A stretch of 64,000 bases of DNA, from contig OZ287083.1 in assembly GCA_965645245.1 (NCBI GenBank), positions 372,001-436,000 on the forward strand, read 5' to 3'. This stretch comes from Massalongia carnosa (taxonomy: Eukaryota). A program made the translations under genes and the position numbers. Under the pieces are notes generated by a model. That model did not search any database and was not told the DNA's origin. It saw only the letters and a program-made list of their open reading frames with translations. Positions 48,455-60,471 of the stretch are shown in pieces. Each line of letters starts with the position of its first letter. The stretch's first letter is position 1.

Positions 48455-51073
48455 TCACCTTGCATCCTTGTCGTCTTCTTCCTCCTCCGCTAATAACCCT
48501 CTCTTCAACGGCTCTGGACTTCTCAATCCTGAACGTGTTGATGTGGCACCTGACGAGATCAATCCTTCCTGCGAACTATCAGGCCAAATTGACGGAACCG
48601 CCTCAACGTGGCGATCCCTGCCCAACCGGGTGGGAGGTGGAAAGTATGGGCTGTTTGGGGACATTTCAAGCCGAGTTTCCCATGTTTCAGCCGAATCGCT
48701 GGAATCAAGGCGGCGATGCTGGGTCGAGGGTCGGCGCTGTGGAAGGTTGCGAGAAGTTGCTTCCGAGTCGGAGGAGTCAACGCGCGCATGCGCGGGGCGA
48801 CCAGGGGTGAAGGTTGCGTGTGAGAAAGCTCCCTCGGAATCAGAGGAGTCAACTCGCGCGTGTTGCTGTCGACGGGACGATGCGTTAGAAGGGATTCGAT
48901 CCCGCGCCCACCCGGGATTGGGGGGGTCGGATCCGGTGGAATTGACTCGAGGGTGAGAGTTTTGGCGGGGAATGGTCGACGGCATGCCATCTCGGGTCCA
49001 GGCGCCTTCGGATTCGGATGAGTCCATTCTTCCGTGGGTTGGGCGACGGGGCAAGGCTCGGTTGGTGGACCAAAGAGACCCTGGAGAGGAGAGCGGAGAG
49101 GGAGAGTTTTCGACCGGGGGAGAGGCTCGTCCTGTTAGTGCGTCGCCCATTTCTGGGGAAGGCATTTCTGGCCGCCAAAATGGCTCTGGTGTTGACAGTT
49201 CTGATCTCATGATTTCAGCTTCTGGCGAACATAACTCATGAGCTCTAGCTGGATCTGGACTCGGTAGTTCCGGTATTAAAACATCTGATCCGCCGAGTTC
49301 AATAGGGGCACCATGGTGAACGTTATTTCCTTGGTCCATTATCCGGATTTCATTCTGCTCGAGCTGAACTTGCATCTTTTCGTCAGTAACTTCGGCAACC
49401 GAGTCGTCGGCTGACTTTTTGTCATTTGAAGAGGTTGACGACTGGTTCCCCTTACCTTCCAACTCTGGCACATCGCGAGGATCGGCTGCAAGTTCGGGTC
49501 TGCTCTCGCGTGCGGGGTTGCGTTTGCGTTTGATTCTCACCCAGACGCCAAATGCGCCAGCTACCAATGTGAGTACGATGATCGCGATAGCAATACCAAC
49601 TATGGCGGGCGTCGGAAGAGAGTGTGAGGAATGAGAGGTTGATTTTGTAATCGGAGGATGCGTGGAAGTAACAGAGTTGGTGGAGGATGGTTGGGTAGTC
49701 TGACTCTGTACTGGGGGGATAGGGACAATGTGCGATGCTGAATCTTTGGGAAATAGGGACTGCGAGATGGTGAAATTTTTGCCTTCGTAATTAACCGTTA
49801 AGAAGCTAGTAGAATTAGCGTTGGCTCGGTCTCTAAGTTAACCTCGTTCAACCTACGCCTCCTGTAAGAATGTACGCCCGAGGGTATACTGCGTCTCGTC
49901 CCTTGCCTGCCGAAGGGGAAAGTACCTTGACGTTTTCTGAACCAGCGGGTAGCCGGCTTGCACTTGGAGATCGAAGCTTGCATATGGCAACGTGATGTTG
50001 ACTGAAGGACCTCCACTTTTGCTGTTGCCAAGCTGAAAGACGATACTTGGATTCTGCTTAATCAGCGTGCTATGAAGGGTATCGTTGACAAGGTAGAGAT
50101 TTGAGATATCCTGGTAAGTGATACCGAAGGCCCTTTCAAATGCGTCGCACGCATTTTTAGGAAGCCAGATGTGGGGCACGGTGGAGTCGACTAAGGCCAA
50201 AATTCCCTCCGGAAGCAATGGCGTCGTCTTGGAACTTGAATCGGTTGAAACAATAGATTGGAGTCCAACAGTCAAAAAGTTGAAGGGATCCGCGGAAAAG
50301 GAGAAAGAGACATCATTTGGCAAAAATCTTGTAGCGTCGAAACCACCCAAGGTCAAGCTTGCGTTTGTTGAATCTGCTTGGAATTAGCGCTGAAACCGCG
50401 TCTGTGCTCTGCTGTAGAACTCATACGATAGGAGGCTCCGGCAGTATAGCCATACGAGAGACTCGGGATATAGTTTCGCGATTTAAGCTCGAACATAAAG
50501 CTTGGCGTTGAATGGGTTTGGTCTATGAAGTTGATGCTTCGGTTAGAAAGACCCAGACTGCCAATAAAGAAATCATCTTTCTCGAGCCCTGCGACAACCT
50601 GTTGATCCAGGGTTACGTTTCCCCGTCCTTGAAATCCAACTCCCAGAGTATCTTGGCCGTACACGCCATTGCTGGTGCCGAAACCAAGGTTGTTTTCCGT
50701 CCCTAAACCAAATGTATCAATACCAACCCATGTCGTCGACTTCGAGGTATCAAATGTTCCCCCTCGAACCTCAGTACAGTTGGAGCTACCCGAGGGACAC
50801 AACGATGAGAGAACCACCCAAGACTCGGTTACTTTTGTTGATGCTAGAACTTGTAGCTTTGTAGGCGGATTTCCCACTCTAATGAAGAACGGTGACCAGG
50901 CACCATCATTCCCAAGGCTAGAGGTCAGAGTCACATGGATTAGTATGGAAATAATTTATTGGGGGATTTGATGTTCTCGGTTTGAATCATAATAAATAAA
51001 CCGAGAGGGAAAAGGAAATCGCATACAACTCCCCACTTGCTTCGACAACGATTGGCGCTGGTTCGTTTGGCAT
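48455..51073 (-). CDS. Membrane-anchored pepsin-fold (A1) aspartic-protease-like protein, probably catalytically inactive, with a long cytoplasmic tail
   Basis: GNDGAWSPFFIRVGNP, IPSLSYGYTAGASY, SLTLGGFD, LVDSTVPHIWLP, ITLPYASFD, YTLGRTFLQEA; three introns; TM segment PAIVGIAIAIIVLTLVAGAFGVWV-RIKRKR. The 5' end is uncertain because no signal peptide was seen. Confidence 0.85.
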
Positions 51074-52817
51074 TATATAAAATTGAATTCAGAAGGTAGA
51101 AAATATGTGCTAGGTAGAAGCAAAATCACCGATCGCTTATACTTCTTCCCAATGAGCGACGAGAAAACATTATACTGGGGGCAGTTGCATTAAGATCTGT
51201 CATCCAACAGGAGAAATATCGATATCAATATTAATTTGTAGAGAAACAGGTTAACCAGGGCAACCACCACGACTTCGTTGAGGATTGAAAAGAAGAAAGG
51301 CGGCGGCAGAGGAATGGGCTATTATCCGGCAGAGGCGGTGGGTAAGCACCTGGTCAGCTCGAGTAGGTACTCTGTACAGAGTACGGAGCACATGATAACA
51401 TTTGAATGAGCAGCGAAAGCAGTACTTCACAGTCATCGGTAAGGAGTCGTGCAGGGTGGCAGGGGGTAGGCGGTCCAGATCTGGTGGACTCGGAAAACGT
51501 GTGCTACCGTTGCTCTTCTGGCCTTGCTGAAAAGAGACTATTATTTCTCGCATTCCCTTTTCTTGCTGAATAATATGGATAATCGCAACGAACATGGTGT
51601 ACGGCGAGTGGTGAGGGATTCATGATGCAGCAGCACGCATCTTCAATATCCTATCGATAACCAGAACAATTATTACGTGCTCCTGGCAATACTATGATGC
51701 TACCGAGTACTAATGACCGGCGCTCGAGCGGCTACGAGTACAGCGTACCACTGCTATTCCATCTATTGGTCGCTTGGAAATCGTACTCATGTGAGCGGCT
51801 ATTTGCGTGTTTTTCGAGTCTGCTCGACGGGATCGCATCGTATCGCATCGCACAGCAATGCTTGAAAAACGACGTCAGTCTGCCCCGCCGATAGAGTTGA
51901 GGCTGAGTTCCGTACAGAGCTCGTAACGCTGGGTGTGATGGAAAAAAGAAAGAGAGAAGAGCGGAAAAGTAAAGCGAGGCCAAGGCGTTGGTAGCGTAGG
52001 CACCGAAAGCATGACTGGTTGGTTGGTTGGTGAAAAACCCAAAGAATTGCAAGTAAGCCCTAGTTAATTGCCTAGTTTGCCCTATGACTAGTGTAAGTTT
52101 ATCATAAGCGAGGGTTCATGCCCCGCCATCCACAAGTAGTCATATTACCGTCGACTTGTGGCCGTGCGTTAGCTCACCGTCTTCGAATCCTTCGAGCTGT
52201 GGTTGTGCATGTTCCGCCGCAAAGCTTCCACCACAACGATTGAATAAATGGCGCACGAGCGACCAATGACCTATCTGGTTCAATGAAGAAAGGTGAGGAT
52301 TCGTGCAGTAGTTTGGTATTGACAAGCCGGATTTTGATGGGATTGCTCTCCGACCGAACCGAAAAATCCAAGTAAGTTCTTCTGTCGCATTGGACAGCAT
52401 CAAAGTAGCCTGAACCATCACCTTAGATTGGAAGCCTCAACGCCAAAGGGTTGGTCAACGTCATCCTGATCCTGGTGAAGAGCAGCCAACCTACGGCCGC
52501 TCCCTGCGGGCCGATGTCGACCCTCCAAGTCTTGATCACGAATCGTAATCGTTCGTAAAGTCCAGGGTGAAAGCTTCACCACGGTCAAGCCATGGGCGAA
52601 AGCGGCGCCGATTACCGTGCTTTGCTTTACCAAGAAACACCAACTCTGGCTCTGCAAGCTGCCGAACGGGTATGGATGGAGTGGAGTACCTGCTTCTTAG
52701 ACGATCGTCGTCTTTGCTGGCCATATCCTGAAGATCCCGTATATATTGCCTCTGCTCCCCCACGTGCAAAAAGCTTAAAGGCTCTGGTAAAGACTTGACT
52801 ATCGTTGACTCCATAAG

Positions 52818-54281
52818 ATGCCTTCGCTATCGCTTTTTGCTTTGATTGCAGCAGGCTTGCTCCTTCGCACTGTCGTTTCTAAACCACAAGGTAGGGCATG
52901 GTGCATGCAGTCCTTCTGCCGCGAGCGCGGAGCTGACAAGACAGTGTAGTTCTAAGCCTTGCTGCGCAAGATCAGACAGGACCTAGCAGCGGCGCGGATT
53001 CTTGCAGCGGCTGCTATGTTGTCGCTGATGTCGCAGGCTTTGTTTGGTATTCGGGCGTCTTTCTAAATACTGCGACAGCGGTCGTCTTCATTGGCACTGG
53101 AAATGGCACTGGTAGAACAACTAGTACCTCATTCCCAGCAAGCTCGGCTCATTTCACGTTCAATATCCTTGACACCGAGACACAAGCGTTTGTTGCATCG
53201 ACTTTGGCAAATTATGATTCCACACGCGTCGTAAACGGAGCAACATTGTAGGTTGACTGAATATCAGCAAGTTTAGGAAACGTTAACGAAGACCAGAACG
53301 TCTCCAACCGCATACAACGTCTTCACCGCGTACTCATTTATCTCGTCATTTATTTCGGACGGAGAATGTCAAAGCTACTCTGGTCCACCGATAACACTCC
53401 CAACGGCTTATACTGAGACACTGGTTTCTGCTTCTGGGCATGTCATTTTTGATGCACAAGGAGAGGACTCCTTCATCAGTGCCATCGGCGCAACCAGCTG
53501 CTCTGGAGGAGGTCTATCTATTGTACCCAATGCCCTGGTTCGAATCTCAAATGTTATAACGACAACAACGAAAATGTATCCCACCATTACACGGCTGCCT
53601 AATAGCATAAGTATAGCTCCAGTAAGTAAATTTCTTTTAAACCAAAATAACGGTCCCAATCCACTTTTTTTGGAACGAACGAAACCTCACTGCTACGTAC
53701 TATCTCCAAATTTTTCTATTAAAACTTTTCATTCATAATTCAATGACTCCATTTCCAAATCCCCGTGATCATCACAATAATAAAATTTTCTTCAGACAAT
53801 CGAGCCAAGTAGCACAGCCCGACCAGGCAGCATTACCACTCTCACTCTCGCTCTCAGTACCCCCGCTGTTACTGTCTCCTCTGCAACACCCTTGCAAACG
53901 CCTGGATCTCCCAAATTCGCCGGCAACGCCACCGCCAAAGCCGCCACCACAGCTAGTTATCCGCCCGTTTCCGCCCCGTTGATTATAATTGGCTCTACTA
54001 CCATCACCCCAAATCACCACCCTATTAACCTCCCCTTACTCACCCCCAGTCAAGCCGTCTCCATTCCCGGCGGTATCATCATCCCCGTTAGTGGCAAGGA
54101 AGGTGAAGCCGTCACTGTTGTCGTCCCCACTGGCACAGGCGCTTCGACAGGCAGTTTTACCACCACAGCGGTTGTCCAGCCATTTGTGTCCCAAGCAGAC
54201 ACATGGAGGAGAAGCGAGATCTGGATATCACTGTGGGTGACTGGGTTGATAGGGACCGGAGCAGCATTGTTTTTGCTGTAA
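52818..54281 (+). CDS. Secreted Ser/Thr-rich, probably GPI-anchored cell-surface protein
   Basis: Mostly absent from the ORF track. Signal peptide MPSLSLFALIAAGLLLRTVVS, a CSGC-containing domain, three GT-AG introns, an S/T/P-rich stalk and hydrophobic C-terminus WISLWVTGLIGTGAALFLL*. Confidence 0.8.
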
Positions 54282-54900
54282 AAAGAAGTTTCGGGAAAGG
54301 GGGGGATTCAAGATGGATTCAACCAAGGGAGGGAGGGCTTAGGATTTTCCTTAAAATAATCTTAATAATACCTACTTGAAACCTTTACCCTCCATTCTTT
54401 ACATCGCCTTACCGTTTATCATCATCTTTTCTTTTTTGTATACTATTTCACTCATCCACATAATAACACAAAACCCTTAACCAAAACCCCACGATCTCAC
54501 AACCCCACATCAAAGCAGAAGAACTCATCGCAACTTTCCGCTTCTCCTTTACTCCCCTCTTCTCCTCTCTTTGGTTACCATCTGCCCATTCAATTCTCTT
54601 TCCATTCTTCACTCAATTGGAAATCCCTCGTCTTCATCTTTTCCTTTTTCCCACCTTTTTTTCAAAAGTCTTCCCACCTCCCCCCCCCTCCCCAAAAAAC
54701 AAAGATATAAAGAATTAGGAAAACAGAGAAACAGAAAGAAAGAAAGAAAGACACAGGCAGACAACCATGCAGGCAAATAGGCAGGGGAATGAGCTACAGA
54801 GTAACAATCTATCTACCTACCTACTTACCTTCCGCTCCGTTTTTTTGGGAGGGAAGATGGATTGATATGTAAGTGATAGGTAGGTAAGTAGATAAGTAAG

Positions 54901-55143
54901 CACGCGGTGCGAAAAAAATTTGTCACCGAAATAAGATTCCCCACTAAATCTTCAATACATGACTTACTTTATGATTTGTTTGAAAGGTACATACAAGACG
55001 AACAGTTACTGCTTAGATTCATGGTTTAAATTTAGTTGTTTGACATTAACGATCGCACAAAAAGAATACTTTGGTAATTGTGTTTGAGGAGTAAATTAAT
55101 AAAATCCTGATTTAGGTGTGTCAACTTTTTTTCGCACCGCGTG
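54901..55143. mobile_element. Non-autonomous TIR element (MITE), 243 bp, with CAC...GTG termini and 5-bp TSD GTAAG
   Basis: TIR CACGCGGTGCGAAAAAAA(T/G)TTG(T/A)CAC (24/26 match); GTAAG at 54896-54900 and 55144-55148; AT-rich non-coding interior. Confidence 0.9.
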
Positions 55144-55148
55144 GTAAG

Positions 55149-56465
55149 TACGAAAAAGTATTGACGGATTTTCGCTTCATCTTCTCCGCATCACCATTAT
55201 TAATCACCCCCCCATCCACCCAATTGTGAATGGGAAACTCCCACACGTCAGCGAGTACTAGATTAATATCGTGACAATCATATGTCAGCTGCTCAGATTT
55301 TTAGAACAACTGATGTACCCACACCAGCTGTACGAAGATGGATTAAGTCTGAAGAGCCTCGGCACGATACGCATCCTCGCTCAGGACGGCCTGTCAAACT
55401 CAGCTCCAGAGACGTGCGACATCTTGTACGTGCAGTGACGAGTTCTAAAGATGGTAGACAAGCATTCTACATGAAGATTGCCAGAGATCTTGAAATTCAA
55501 GCTTCCGTATCGACTATTCGTCTAGCACTTCGAAAAGCGGGCTTTCGTCGCTGTACGACCTGTCCCAAGCCTCTGATTTCCTGAATTAATCGTCGCAAAC
55601 GTCTCAAATGAGCACGAGAGCATCTTTCTTGGCAAGAAGAAGACTGATCGCGCATTATTTTTATCGATGAAAGCATGTTTGAAACAGGACAGAGAGCTCG
55701 TCAGTTCGTTACCCGAAGATCGGGGGAGAAGTATTGTCCCGATTGTTTGAATAGCTTCAATCATTCGGGACGACAGTCAGTCAGGATCTGAGAAGACATA
55801 TGTGAACAGTAGGCAAGCGAATTGATGAAGTTTAAGAAAACTTTGAAGAAGATAAAGAGGAGAAAAAATAAAGATCGGTTAAAGCACTCGATCACCACTA
55901 CTGATTATATCAATCAGATTCTGAAATCGTATCTGTTTTCTTGATACGAAACTTTCAAAGCACAGAATCATCGTTTCATATTCATGCAAGACAATGCGAG
56001 CATTCACGATTTCAAGAAGACTCGTTTGTGGTTACGACAACATCAAATAGAGATCATGGACTGACTCTCTTCGAGTTTCGACCTCAATTCTATCGAGTAA
56101 GTTACATGTGAAAAGGCTGTAAACAGAAGATCAAACGATATTCTCGTTTAGTCACAAACGCAAGGAACATATTCATAACAGAAACGAACGAATGAAACGA
56201 TTTGATGCTGAAGAATAAGCATCTGAAATGGATTAAAACGATGCGAAATTGTTGATTAAAAATCCCGATTTTTCCATCAAATATTGAGTGTAAAATATGC
56301 CTCAAAGTTTCGGATTTATTACTTCATACATACATCTAACTTCGCTATCAATTGTAAAAGTAATCCTGCTGAACTGAAGGTGTAATATTTTTAATTGTTG
56401 AGATGGTTGACAGATCGATTTTGATTTTCTCGCTTAATCCGTCAATACTTTTCATCCGAACCTAG
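55149..56465 (+). mobile_element. Degenerate Tc1-family (DD34E) transposon relic
   Basis: A 17-bp inverted core AAAAGTATTGACGGATT lies at 55154-55170 and 56436-56452. The pseudo-transposase has RSGRP.KLS, KPLIS..NRRKRLK*A, IIFIDES, FMQDNASIH and, 34 residues later, DLNSIE. There are many stops, and the outer boundaries are uncertain. Confidence 0.9.
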
Positions 56466-56485
56466 TACGTAGAGAGCTTCCCGAC

Positions 56486-56486
<1 letters not shown>

Positions 56487-56516
<30 letters not shown>

Positions 56517-56538
56517 CATACATACATACATACATACA
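56487..56538. repeat. (TACA)13 microsatellite
   Basis: Read directly, just right of the Tc1 relic. Confidence 0.95.
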
Positions 56539-57584
56539 GTAAGTATCCTCCCTGACCAATCAACCCACTCACTCTTCGACCCATTCATCCATTCATATCC
56601 GGTAAGAAACGCATTTTATCATCTACTCGAGTTAAATCGAGCGATGAGAGTTCTTTTTCAAGATTCTTATATTTCCGTCTACTACTGAAGAAAAGGGGGG
56701 TTAAGGACCTGTTGTTGTGGTCAAGTAGATTTATATTGTTAGAGAGAGAGAGAGAGAGAGAGAGACAGTGATTCCAACTTCCCCCCCTTCCATCCAACCA
56801 CCACTGACAGTGGAACGGAGAAAAACTAGGAAGGAGACTGGGTGTATATATGTATGTAAATTATTATGTACATCTACATAATCCACAAGAGAACTATCAC
56901 CATCATTATCATTCTCCACTTTCGCCTTCGGCTTCGCTGCAAAACTCAAGAAGAACAATCGAGAACGAGGACAGAGCGGGAGCGAAGTAAAGAGGTAAAG
57001 TAAGAGGAGAGGAGAACAAGATGAAGAAACAGAAGAAAAAACAGAACAAGATTTTTCACAGGAATTTGAACCGTTTAATCATCAACGAAAACCCCGAGAA
57101 GAATCATGCGGATGACAAGGCTAAACTCAACGCAACACAAAGAAAATAAAAGAAAAGGACTAGACCTCAAAAATGTATCTAAAATGAACGAGGATGTTTT
57201 CTCCGTTTTCGGCGACGGGGCGGGGGAACGAACCTCGGAATCAGGGGTGATCGGGTTAGCGGATTAGAGACACGGGGAAGGGTTTGTCAAAAAATTGTTG
57301 TGGAAAGAGGTTTCAGGTATTATGTTCGCAGAAATAGGTATAATTTGCAGAGGTGATGGTCTCGCCTCCTCGGCTACTTGCTTCCCAAAGAAAATAAAGA
57401 ACAAGAAAAGCAGAAGCCCGATTCTGGCCATCTACCCTCCCACCATTGGTATCCCAAAACGCCTGCTGGAAGTAATAATCATCTTAATGTTGGGATATAT
57501 AACATCTCTTTCATTTCTTCCCTCTAAACCCCCCCCCCCCCCTTTCCTTTTCTGCCACGACGAAAATCACCGATAAACGCCTTG

Positions 57585-60471
57585 TTAAAAGTGCGCAACC
57601 AACAGCAAGCCATAGCCAACGGTGATGACAACGAGAAAGGTAAGGATACTGGCCGGAATACCGCGCGAGAGGAAGTGGCTCACGCGCAGATAGCGGTGGC
57701 CGGTTTGCGGGTCTTCGAGCATAATTGCCGCTATGAAATCGTCGAAAGGGTGGCCGAGGTTAGCGAATGAACAAACTGAAAATATGAAGGCTTTTTCTAA
57801 GAGGCAGGGTACAACAAAAGCAAAGAATTTGGATTAGAAAGACTCACTCATATTAGGAAACCCGCTAGTTGGTAAGCCCATAGCTGCGGAGCACATGAAC
57901 GCACTGGCCATAACCAACAAGTTTGGATGTGGCTCCTTCATGCCAGCGCCGACCTGGTGCACAAGAGGCAGGACTATTAGCGCGGCAACGGTATGACTGA
58001 TGAATGTTGCAATGACCAGGATCAAAGCTGCAAATACAACCAGCACGCCGTAAAGACTCATGCCCTCAACTTTTTCCGTGATGTGGTTGGCGATGGTATG
58101 TAACAGGCCAGAAGAAGATACTGCCTTTCCTAGCGAAAGTCCACCGGCGGCGAGAATGATGATGGTCCACAGGAAATTGTTAAAGTCCTCTTTTGTCAGG
58201 ATGCCTGTGCCGAAGAAGAGAACAAGGGGAATGATGGCTACAACGCCCATGTCTCCGAAGACGCCTTCAAGCTGGTGCGTGACGCACCACAGCACAATGG
58301 TGGTGATGGTAACCCCGCTGATGAACCATTGCACCCCGGTAAATTTATCCTTCATCGGGCGGATGGGGACGATGGTGGTGTTTTTCCCGGGTTGGAAGGT
58401 AGCGAGAAGGAGAAGCCAGATGAAGAGGATGGAAAGAACGCAGACGGGAATGGCGACGAAGAACCAGCTGCCCCAGCTAGGTTCGGGCCGCATGTTCTGT
58501 ATGGCGATTATATTTTGTGGCGAGGCAATGGGAGAAGCGGCGCCGCCGATGTTGGAGGCGAGGGCTATGCCGAGGATGAGTGCTTTGGAGAATTCAGAGT
58601 CAGACGGGAGATTGCGGAGTAGTGGCTAGAAGGAGTCAATGTATCAGGGCGCTGTACAAGGTAAATGCAGGGTCAATATATTTTACCTGGATTATGGAGA
58701 AACACAATACAGGAGCGGCAACATTGCTGATCCACATGCTGGCAATCATAGCCACAAACATATTGGTGATAAGCACTGTTCGAGGTCGAGTACCTGCTTT
58801 GCTAAGAACAAAGGTGGCCATAAGTTTGGCTATGTGGTATTTCGAGAGCGCAGCGGCGATGGTGAAACCTCCTAATAGCAGCATGATGACTGGAGTCCAC
58901 ATGGCTGCAAAAACATATTTCGTCGCACTCTTGGGATCTAGTCGCCGATGGGGCTTCTCCTCTGACCGCATTACTTGGAGGACTACAACGAGAAATGGAA
59001 CTAGGAGCGCCGTCACAAATAACGGTAGGACCTAGACAAGTAAGTTCAAGATTTGGGCTCTTTCATTATGGGATTTACCTCCGTCGCCCATAACAAGCTT
59101 ACGAATACCAACATAGCCAAGCAGTTTTGTTGTTCTGGCTCCTTCATGATTGGTACCATCAAGAGCACTATGAAGATAGCGACGATCGATACCAAAGTGA
59201 AAAACGTGGAACTGAATAGCCAACTTGGACATTTAAACCTTCCTATAGGAGTAACAAGCTCCTTCGTACCTGTATCGTCTGGCTCATCACCTTGCAACCG
59301 GGATTTTGACGGATCGTGGTCTCCCCCAAGTAATGTCCTCCTCAGGCCCATATTTGCCGCCTGCGCCTTTCGTTCAATACCTATCATTTCACGCCAAACT
59401 GTGTTTCGCTCCCAGACGACATGTTCTCGCAGATGTAATCGGAGTTCTCGCTTGGCGGAAGCAAGGTCTCCTTTGGTGAAAACATCTGCATATGACTTTT
59501 CAATATTGTCAATATTCTCGTCCAAATGCTTCAGGGTGGACTCCCGAAAAGGATAGGCCGGAGTGATATTAGCTTTGATGTAGGCGTTCCGAAAGTTGCG
59601 GTTCATCGTCTTGTCATATTTTTTCAGGGCCTTCGAGAAGCCGGTCTTGTTGAGCTGGATGAACGACTTGAGTTCACACAACGATACATACAGACTGATT
59701 GTTCGTTTTTTCAACGTAATGCCTGAAGTGTACAACGCCATGAAGCTTTGATCACTATAATTTTCATTTACCTGACTTGTTCTTCGCTTGAAAGCAGGCA
59801 ACTCTCTTGAGCTTCGAAGGTCATCCACGCTCTGTCCTGCGTTTGCATCCCATGTTCTAGTCTTCCGCAAGACAGGACTATTGCTATTGAGGGCAGCCGA
59901 CTCATCAGCGTCGTCATCGCTCTCCCCATCTTCGTTAATCGACGCACTCAATGTGCTAGTCTGCCGCATCAGTTTGAAGCCAGGATTCCGAAATAAGTTC
60001 TCATGCCTCGTGCGTCCACTTCTGCTACTTCGCATATCCGACGGTCCGTCCAAATGCGAAAGATCAAGGCCTCCGGTCTCCGCTTCGAAAGTTTCGCCAT
60101 CCTTCAACAACGTGCCGACTTCCCCATAAATTTCGAGCTCTTTGAGTTGGTAAAAAGCGCATATCTTCTCCAATTCTGAATCAAGCGCTCGTTCGAATAC
60201 GACGTCAGGATTATCGTTGGTTAGCAATGGAGAGGCTTCGGGATCTTGATCACTAGCTGTAGACGGATGGTTTAGAGATTTCTCCAAAGTGTAGATTCTG
60301 GAGATTCAGGAACTATCAGCGACGGACCTATGGCTCGTTTCCTTCTTGGGACCGGTTCTCCCCCCGAACAAGCCCCGTACAGACTTACAATTTCTTGAGA
60401 TTGCTATAGGATATATAATAGCTACTCCAATCGGGTACCGAGTTGAACTGGATGCTATGGGAGAACTTCAT
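57585..60471 (-). CDS. PHO91: SPX-domain low-affinity phosphate transporter (Pho87/90/91 family)
   Basis: MKFSHSIQFNSVPDWSSYYISYSNLKKL (SPX), LNKTGFSKALKKYDK, LREHVVWERNTVWREMIG, SMWISNVAAPVL, GLPTSGFPN; four introns. An upstream in-frame ATG at 60714 is also possible. Confidence 0.92.

Noticed and set aside
52536..52814. 92-aa minus-strand ORF whose ATG is 3 bp from the ATG of the GPI-protein gene
   Set aside because: No recognisable domain and no room for a promoter; probably a chance ORF.
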